Positions 57,902 through 64,000 of a stretch of 64,000 nucleotides of DNA are shown here, in pieces. The translations under genes were made by a program, and so were the position numbers. The notes beneath the pieces are model-generated. The model was not told the origin of the DNA and searched no databases. It worked only from the letters and a program-made list of their open reading frames with translations. The stretch covers positions 256,001 through 320,000 of the forward strand of contig CBDCWC010000003.1 in NCBI GenBank assembly GCA_965223295.1, in the 5' to 3' direction. The DNA is from Nitrospirales bacterium. GTDB taxonomy: Bacteria > Nitrospirota > Nitrospiria > Nitrospirales > UBA8639. The number at the start of each line of letters is the position of its first letter. Positions within the stretch are counted from its first letter, which is position 1.

Positions 57902-58090
57902 GAGTGTTAAGCAATGAAGATATCAAAAACCATTTTTTGCCAGGAAGTCCTTAGCAATCGTTAAGGTTGGGTCGGTTCAAAACAGTCCGTCCAGCAAGGC
58001 CGCAGCCATTGTTGCGCGCAGAGCGTCCTGGCATGACGTGAGCACGGAACAATGGCGAGAACGCCGCTGGCGGCTTTTTTCAACAGACCC
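57902..58090. repeat. Palindromic ~120-bp repeat, copy C (core 57969-58090) with shared 5' extension
   Basis: GGGTCGGTTCAAAACAGTCCGTCCAGCAAGGCCGCAG...GCTGGCGGCTTTTTCAACAGACCC; upstream GAGTGTT..ATGAAGATA...GCCAGGAAG as in copy A. Confidence 0.9.
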
Positions 58091-58125
58091 ATAAACATTT
58101 GACAACATCGACGGGAGAATTGGCT

Positions 58126-59352
58126 TCACAGTAATTGTTGACCTACCATATCCGCAAACTGACGCCCTTTGTCCGTCAAAGCCAATCGCGAATCTATTTG
58201 AATGAGATATTCCTCATCTAACAACGATGCCAACGATGTTTTCCATGCAGAGTCGTGCTGATCTATTTCGACTGTATTGGTTGGCACACCCTCGAGCAAT
58301 CGCAAGCCAAAGACCAGACGCTCTTTTTCTTGCTGAACAATCGATAACTCCTCCCGTTCCGTAATTGGCCATTCACTGCACTCAAGCTGCCGGCAATACT
58401 GCCCAAGATCTTCCACATTTCCAAAACGACAGCCATCCAAATACGATTGTGCACTGGGACCTAACCCAATATAGTCCTGTCCTTGCCAATAACGAAGATT
58501 ATGGCAACAGGCATATCCAGGTTTCGACCAATTGGAAATTTCATAATGGTCATATCCTGCAGAAGCCAAAGCCTTGGCGGCCTGAGTCTGAAACTGTTGT
58601 TCCACTTCAGTCTCCACCAAATCTAACTCTCCCCGATGAAAGGCCGCATCAAGCCGTGTGCCTTCCTCTAGCGAAAGGGCATAGCAGGAAACATGGGAAG
58701 GTTCACATTCACATGCTTCTTGAATCGTTCGACTCCAAGATGAGAACGTTTGTCCAGGGATTCCATATATGAGATCCACATTGAAATTGGCAAAGCCGAT
58801 CTGCTTCACCAACCCCAACCCCACAAGTGCCTCTTCACAGGTACTTGAAAGACCTAGGCAACGTCGCTCCTGTTCATCAAAGGTTTGAATACCCAAGCTC
58901 AACCTGGTGACCCCTAATTGCTGAAACATATCTAGATAGTCTGTCGTCAAAGACTCTGGAGTCGTTTCCACTGTCACTTCGCAATCATCCGTCAACAAAA
59001 ATTTTGCCTTCACAGTCTTGAGCACTTCAGCGAGTTGTCGCGGCGATAGCGCAGTCGGAGTTCCACCCCCAACATAGACTGTTGAAATATGATATTCAGC
59101 TCGACCCAATTGTGCAGCGTACATCCTGATTTCTGTGTCCAGCGCCGCAAGAAATCGCTTAATACGCTTCTCTTCTTGCATCACCAAATAGAACGCACAA
59201 AAATGACACCGCTTCACACAAAAGGGAATATGAATATAGAGACCCACATCTACATGCAGAGCTCCCTTACTACCATGATGACTGAGAAGGCTTAATTCTT
59301 TGTCCATATCGACATACATGCTATCGGCGTCGTGCGATCGTTCGTAGATCAA
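58126..59352 (-). CDS. hemW: Radical SAM heme chaperone HemW-like
   Basis: YIHIPFCVKRCHFCAF (CxxxCxxC), GGGTPT, YEISNW, HNLRYW. Start uncertain. Confidence 0.9.
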   Translation of the reverse strand: MIYERSHDADSMYVDMDKELSLLSHHGSKGALHVDVGLYIHIPFCVKRCHFCAFYLVMQEEKRIKRFLAALDTEIRMYAAQLGRAEYHISTVYVGGGTPTALSPRQLAEVLKTVKAKFLLTDDCEVTVETTPESLTTDYLDMFQQLGVTRLSLGIQTFDEQERRCLGLSSTCEEALVGLGLVKQIGFANFNVDLIYGIPGQTFSSWSRTIQEACECEPSHVSCYALSLEEGTRLDAAFHRGELDLVETEVEQQFQTQAAKALASAGYDHYEISNWSKPGYACCHNLRYWQGQDYIGLGPSAQSYLDGCRFGNVEDLGQYCRQLECSEWPITEREELSIVQQEKERLVFGLRLLEGVPTNTVEIDQHDSAWKTSLASLLDEEYLIQIDSRLALTDKGRQFADMVGQQLL

Positions 59353-60066
59353 CTAGATTTCAGCATGCCTTTCACGATAAACAACACACTGTCCTTTTCT
59401 CTGCAACAATTCACTGACTTCCTTTACCATCGCGGAGTTCCCGCAGACATAGACCGAAAGACGATCAACCTCTGAAAATTCTTGAAGAACATCCGTGACC
59501 CGCCCTTTCTTCCCATACCAAGAACTATTGGGTTTCGACAATGTTACAACATACGAAAAATTTTGATGTTGCATAGCCCAGGCTTCTAACTCCTGAATGT
59601 AATATTGGTCGGCCTCGCTCCTCAGTCCCCATAGAAGTGTGATACGTTGCGAAGAGGAATCTTCTAAGAGCGTGGTTATCATCGACCACAACGGAGCCAC
59701 TCCGGTTCCGGTCCCAACAAATAGCAACTCTTTTTCTGGTTCTTGTTGGAGAACAAACGACCCGTAAGGACCCGATATTTCTACCTCAGCACCAAGAGCT
59801 TGTTCTAATAAAAAGGTAGAGCCTTTTCCTCGATCCCGACTATTGAGTAACAAGACTATATGCGTGGATAGTCGTGGTGAGGAAGCTAGAGAAAAATATC
59901 GAAGAATAGGAGAGTTAGAACTTGCATGAGGCATCGACACGGCTATGGCTTGCCCAGGCTGAAAGGACAAGAACGCTGGCTCAATCATCTCCAGCGTTAG
60001 CTCTCGAATCTCTGATGTCAAATGTCTGACGCGTTGGACTTTTGCTCGAAATGGACGAGCGATCAT
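59353..60066 (-). CDS. FAD/NAD(P)-binding oxidoreductase (FNR family)
   Basis: FQPGQ, RYFSLAS, GKGS, GPYG, GTGVAP, YVCG...MV. Confidence 0.9.
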   Translation of the reverse strand: MIARPFRAKVQRVRHLTSEIRELTLEMIEPAFLSFQPGQAIAVSMPHASSNSPILRYFSLASSPRLSTHIVLLLNSRDRGKGSTFLLEQALGAEVEISGPYGSFVLQQEPEKELLFVGTGTGVAPLWSMITTLLEDSSSQRITLLWGLRSEADQYYIQELEAWAMQHQNFSYVVTLSKPNSSWYGKKGRVTDVLQEFSEVDRLSVYVCGNSAMVKEVSELLQRKGQCVVYRERHAEI

Positions 60067-60190
60067 GACTAAGAATGTAGAGAATCTCCAGCCCTCTGGC
60101 AAGATATTTTTTTGTCCGCAGAACAAAAAACCCAATCGAATAGAGGAGAACAAGAGTGAAAGAATTACGAAGGGATCTGAGAAAATCATG

Positions 60191-60228
60191 TCCCTCTCCT
60201 TTGTAAGGAGAGGCTAGGTGAGGTAGAG
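60191..60228. repeat. REP-like palindrome
   Basis: CCTCTCCTTTGTAAGGAGAGG hairpin plus CTAGGTGAGG, of the CCTCACC...CCTCTCC-GGAGAGG REP type; single copy in the window. Confidence 0.5.
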
Positions 60229-60240
60229 ACATACGTTACG

Positions 60241-60285
60241 AAAAAACAATGGCCGGCACAGCCTCCCAGGAGGCTGTGCCGGCCA
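60241..60285 (-). terminator. Rho-independent terminator after hsp20
   Basis: 16-bp stem TGGCCGGCACAGCCTC/GAGGCTGTGCCGGCCA followed by TTGTTTTTT on the minus strand. Confidence 0.85.
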
Positions 60286-60312
60286 GACTTTAAAGAACGA
60301 ACGACTTGAACG

Positions 60313-60753
60313 TTACTTCACTTCTATTTGAATCGCTCGAGGCTTCGCCTTTTCTTGCTTTGGAATCGTGATCGTCAAGACTCCTTTATCATACGTAGCC
60401 TTTGCCTCGTCAGGATTCACCGTACTCGGCAGCGAAAAGCTTCTAGAGAAATTTCCATAATGAGCCTCTTGAAAATGATACCCATCTTTGGATTTTTTCG
60501 TTTCAACTTTGCGTTCACCACGAAGCTCTAAGGTCTGCTCTCTGACAGAAAGTTCAATGTCATTTAAGTCGATTCCTGGCAATTGCGCTTCAATTGCCAG
60601 ATGATCCTTATCTTCATACACATTCACCGGCGGCTGCCACGCCAGCGCCTCTGTATTTCGATCATCCCAAACGGGCCGCAACCCAAACGGCCGATCAAAC
60701 AGCCCATTCATTGTTCGTTCTAATTCTGTATAAGGATTCCATTTTACCAACAT
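60313..60753 (-). CDS. Small heat-shock protein Hsp20
   Basis: WQPPVNVYE, LPGI, YGNFSRSFSLP, ATYDKGVLTITIPK; RBS GGAGG. Confidence 0.95.
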   Translation of the reverse strand: MLVKWNPYTELERTMNGLFDRPFGLRPVWDDRNTEALAWQPPVNVYEDKDHLAIEAQLPGIDLNDIELSVREQTLELRGERKVETKKSKDGYHFQEAHYGNFSRSFSLPSTVNPDEAKATYDKGVLTITIPKQEKAKPRAIQIEVK

Positions 60754-61196
60754 AGTCTCTCCCCTCCTTTTTGATAATGATCATAACTACTACAATATTT
60801 TTTGTGTGACACCCAGCCGGGAAGGTAGTGTCGTTCGTCGTTGATATATAGATAAGCACAAAAACAAAAAAGTCAAGTATTTTGTATACAAAAACGACTG
60901 AAACACAGAGGAAAAGTTTAGACGACTGTCCGTGCGATTCGCTAAAGAATCGAACTATCAAATATAGCAGTAGGGCATCAATGGCTTTGTCTACTTTCGC
61001 CGAAACGAAAGTAGATCGGCTGCCAGGCCGAAACCAGACAACACCAAACAACTCACAGACTTTATCCTTAGCAAACCGAATTCGGCATGCCCGTCATGCT
61101 ACTAGATACGTACACCTCAAAAAACAGTTTACTATGAACCAAATTGGATTCCCGATAAAAAATGTCGGGCATAACGAGGTGGGGAAGTGAACACAA

Positions 61197-63278
61197 CTAG
61201 ATCTGAGACATGCCGGCAAGGTCCAGCAGAAAGGCATAAATCATCGCAGTTTCCTCATAACGCTTAAACCGCCCAGAGGCCCCACCATGCCCCGCCTCCA
61301 TGTTCGTCTTCAGAAGCAGACGGTGATTGTCCATTTTCAACGCGCGCAGCTTGGCCACCCACTTGGCAGGCTCCCAATATTGGACTTGCGAATCATGTAG
61401 ACCCGCGGTCACTAACAGATGCGGATAGGCGACAGTTTTCACATTGTCATAGGGAGAATAGGACAACATATAATCAAAATACTCGCGTTGATTCGGATCA
61501 CCCCACTCATCATATTCTCCGGTCGTGAGGGGAATACTGGAATCCAACATCGTTGTTACCACATCTACAAAAGGCACCTGCGCCACCATTCCGTGAAACA
61601 AATCTGGTCGCATATTCATCACGGCACCCATCAACAGCCCCCCGGCACTGCCGCCCATAGCATAAATTTTCTGTGAATCGGCATAGCCTTGTTGAATGAG
61701 AAACTCCGCACAGGCAATGAAATCAGTAAAGGTATTTTTCTTTTGAAGAAGCTTTCCGCCCTCATACCACTGCCGACCGAGTTCTTCCCCGCCACGAATG
61801 TGCGCCAGGGCATACACAAACCCTCGATCGAGCAAACTCAATCGTGCTGAGCTGAAGGTCGCATCCATGCTGGAACCATAGGAACCGTAGCCATACAACA
61901 GCAAGGGGTGAGATCCATTGCAGGAAAATCCCTTTCGATACACTAGCGAAATAGGAATCAGTGTCCCATCGGCTGCTGGCGCTGAAAGCCGTTCCGTTTG
62001 GTAGTGACTGATCTGAAAATCTCCAAGCACCTCCTCTTGTTTGAGAAAGACTTTCTCCCGCGTCTCCATATGATAATCATAGATTGTCATGGGCGTAGTC
62101 ATGGAGGTATACCCAAATCTTAGATAGGGCGTATCAAGTTCGTAGTTATCTCCCAATGCCGCCAGGTAGGCTGGCTCTCCAAAATCCAATTCATGTGGTT
62201 GGGCTCCAGTATGAGGAAGAATGCGTAGATGAATGAGTCCCTCTTGACGTTCTTCAACAACCAAATAGTCGCGGAACAATTCAAACCCTTCAAAAAATAT
62301 CTCGTCACGGTGAGGAATAACTTCCTGCCATTGGCGTTTCTCCGTCAGATGGTCTTGGGTCTTCATGAGTTGAAAGTTTTTGGCTTGATCATTCGTGCGA
62401 ATATAGAAATGCTTGTCAAGGTGATCGACATCATATTCGTGTCCCCGCTCTCGCGAATGAAAAACCTGAAACCTGTCTCCCGGTGTATCGGCATCCAAAT
62501 ACCAATATTCGCTGCTCACCGTTTGATGCAGCCCAATCATGAGAAACCGTTTGGACTTTGATTTCATCACATAGGCTGAAAATGTTTCATCAGATTCCTC
62601 AAATACTAATTCATCCTGAGCCGAATCGGTGCCCAAGACATGGCGGTAAATTCGGAATGACCGTAACGTTTCAGGATCTTGCCTGGCATAGAGAAGCGTA
62701 CGATTGTCATTTCCCCATTCCATATTCCCCGTGACAGCAGGAATGACATCCGGCAACATTTCTCCTGTTGAGAGATTTTTAAAACGAATAGAATAAATAC
62801 GGCGCCCTTGGGTATCGGTCGCATAGGCCAGAATATCCTGCCCGGAACTGATCATCCAATTTCCCAGAGAGAAGTACTCATGCCCTTCCGCCAATTCATT
62901 GCCATTCAGCATGATCTCTTCAGGACTTTCTTGGGAGCCTTTCTTCCGGCAATAGAGTGCATATTCTTTGCCTTCTTCATACAGGACATAATAAAGATAG
63001 TCGCCCTGCTTGAAAGGAACCGATAAATCTGTTTGCTTGATGCGTCCCTTAATTTCTTCGAACAAGGTTCTTTCCAGGTCAGCTGTATGTTGCCGCTGCA
63101 CAGCAGCATAGGTATTTTCTTGTTCCAAATACGCCACAACCTCAGGACTAGACCGATCATTGAGCCAATAATAGTCATCAACCCGGACCTGCCCATGTTG
63201 TTCTAAGCGATGCGGAACAACCTTCGCCCGAGGAGGATCAGACGGCATTGAAGCCGGACCAGACAAATCACTACTCAT
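61197..63278 (-). CDS. ptrB: Oligopeptidase B (S9A)
   Basis: DDYYWL, YGYGSYG, GGSAGG, DSQVQYWEPAKW, AGHGG; RBS AAGGAG before ATG. Confidence 0.94.
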   Translation of the reverse strand: MSSDLSGPASMPSDPPRAKVVPHRLEQHGQVRVDDYYWLNDRSSPEVVAYLEQENTYAAVQRQHTADLERTLFEEIKGRIKQTDLSVPFKQGDYLYYVLYEEGKEYALYCRKKGSQESPEEIMLNGNELAEGHEYFSLGNWMISSGQDILAYATDTQGRRIYSIRFKNLSTGEMLPDVIPAVTGNMEWGNDNRTLLYARQDPETLRSFRIYRHVLGTDSAQDELVFEESDETFSAYVMKSKSKRFLMIGLHQTVSSEYWYLDADTPGDRFQVFHSRERGHEYDVDHLDKHFYIRTNDQAKNFQLMKTQDHLTEKRQWQEVIPHRDEIFFEGFELFRDYLVVEERQEGLIHLRILPHTGAQPHELDFGEPAYLAALGDNYELDTPYLRFGYTSMTTPMTIYDYHMETREKVFLKQEEVLGDFQISHYQTERLSAPAADGTLIPISLVYRKGFSCNGSHPLLLYGYGSYGSSMDATFSSARLSLLDRGFVYALAHIRGGEELGRQWYEGGKLLQKKNTFTDFIACAEFLIQQGYADSQKIYAMGGSAGGLLMGAVMNMRPDLFHGMVAQVPFVDVVTTMLDSSIPLTTGEYDEWGDPNQREYFDYMLSYSPYDNVKTVAYPHLLVTAGLHDSQVQYWEPAKWVAKLRALKMDNHRLLLKTNMEAGHGGASGRFKRYEETAMIYAFLLDLAGMSQI

Positions 63279-63319
63279 GAAAATCTCCTTCACATCGCAC
63301 TCTCGACAAGATTTGGCAA

Positions 63320-63751
63320 TTAGGCATCATCAAAATTTCTTGGAGCTTGGCGAATACGTTTTGTTTGCGTTCGCTGTTTTTTTTGTTCTAGCCGCTTTTC
63401 CCGAACCCGAGCAGGCACCCCCGTCGGAACCCGATATTTCTTTGGCCGTAAGGCTTCCTGCAGCAATGCGATAAATCGCTCAGTAAGCTCTTCTCGATTC
63501 GCCATTTGTGATCGGTGTCGTTGAGACTGCATACGCAAGATCCCGTGCTTATTTATTCGACTACCCAAACTGGCAGCAATCCGTCGCTTCTGATACGGAG
63601 TGAACACTGACGAACCGCTGAGATCAAACTCCAAAATCACACAACTATTTACTTTATTGACATTCTGCCCACCTGGTCCCGTACTTCGAGTAGCCGAAAA
63701 TTGAATTTCCGCATCAGGAATAGCAGTGGAAGAATTGATCACGATTGGCAT
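63320..63751 (-). CDS. arfB: Alternative ribosome rescue peptidyl-tRNA hydrolase
   Basis: RSTGPGGQNVNKV (GGQ), RSQ..NR, basic C-terminal tail. Confidence 0.93.
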   Translation of the reverse strand: MPIVINSSTAIPDAEIQFSATRSTGPGGQNVNKVNSCVILEFDLSGSSVFTPYQKRRIAASLGSRINKHGILRMQSQRHRSQMANREELTERFIALLQEALRPKKYRVPTGVPARVREKRLEQKKQRTQTKRIRQAPRNFDDA

Positions 63752-64000
63752 GAGATACTTCACTTAGAAAAACACGTGTTAAGCAGAAGACTGGCATCAT
63801 TCATGATACCTACCGTCCTATTCGGCGAGAATGTTTGCGGACAGAAGGCCAAACGGAGAATTTATTTCATAACATAGTTGAACCCTCTAATACTTGAACA
63901 AAATATCAGTAAACCGCTTCCTATGGAGAGCAACTCTTGCCGAATACGTAGTAGGCCCTAAAAAAACAACAGCAGGAGCAATAGCACCCCTGCTGTTGTT

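Noticed and set aside
60760-60900. CIRCE or ROSE element upstream of hsp20
   Set aside because: No TTAGCACTC-N9-GAGTGCTAA; only a TTGACT -35-like hexamer with a weak -10.
60990-61015. Hairpin TCTACTTTCG/CGAAAGTAGA as riboswitch or terminator
   Set aside because: No U-tract and no recognisable aptamer consensus; cannot be assigned.

Overview
Bacterial chromosomal segment, probably Nitrospirota/Nitrospirales (inferred from gene content and repeat types, not proven). The left ~40 kb (1-39673) is a large Wzy-type exopolysaccharide locus. It carries several GT2/GT4 glycosyltransferases, a PAPS-dependent sulfotransferase, a D-glucuronyl C5-epimerase homologue, an AsnB amidotransferase, an SGNH protein, a PL1-like lyase, a 1732-aa repeat-rich secreted protein and a DegT aminotransferase. 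The export block is unusual: a phosphoglycosyl-transferase/4,6-dehydratase/receiver-domain triple fusion, a short Wza/OPX, a Wzc-coil/Wza-domain chimera, a kinase-less Wzc, an ExeA-LysM ATPase, a Walker-A-defective BY-kinase and an outer-membrane beta-barrel. IS pile-ups interrupt the locus: a frameshifted IS3 plus a 100-bp MITE, and an IS3 carrying a nested IS3 and a nested IS256 with clean target duplications. The locus ends at tRNA-Leu(TAA). The right ~24 kb is mostly housekeeping (pal-like, epimerase, clpS, PrsT-like TPR, SDR, bioD, thiE, accC, accB, efp, aroQ, DUF2779 nuclease, hemW, hsp20, ptrB, arfB), with palindromic ~120-185-bp repeats between convergent genes. The best novel-system candidates are a glycosaminoglycan-like (sulfated, possibly IdoA-containing) EPS pathway and its rewired, possibly Asp-phosphorylation-controlled initiation and export machinery. 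All calls are by eye from motifs; no database searches were run.
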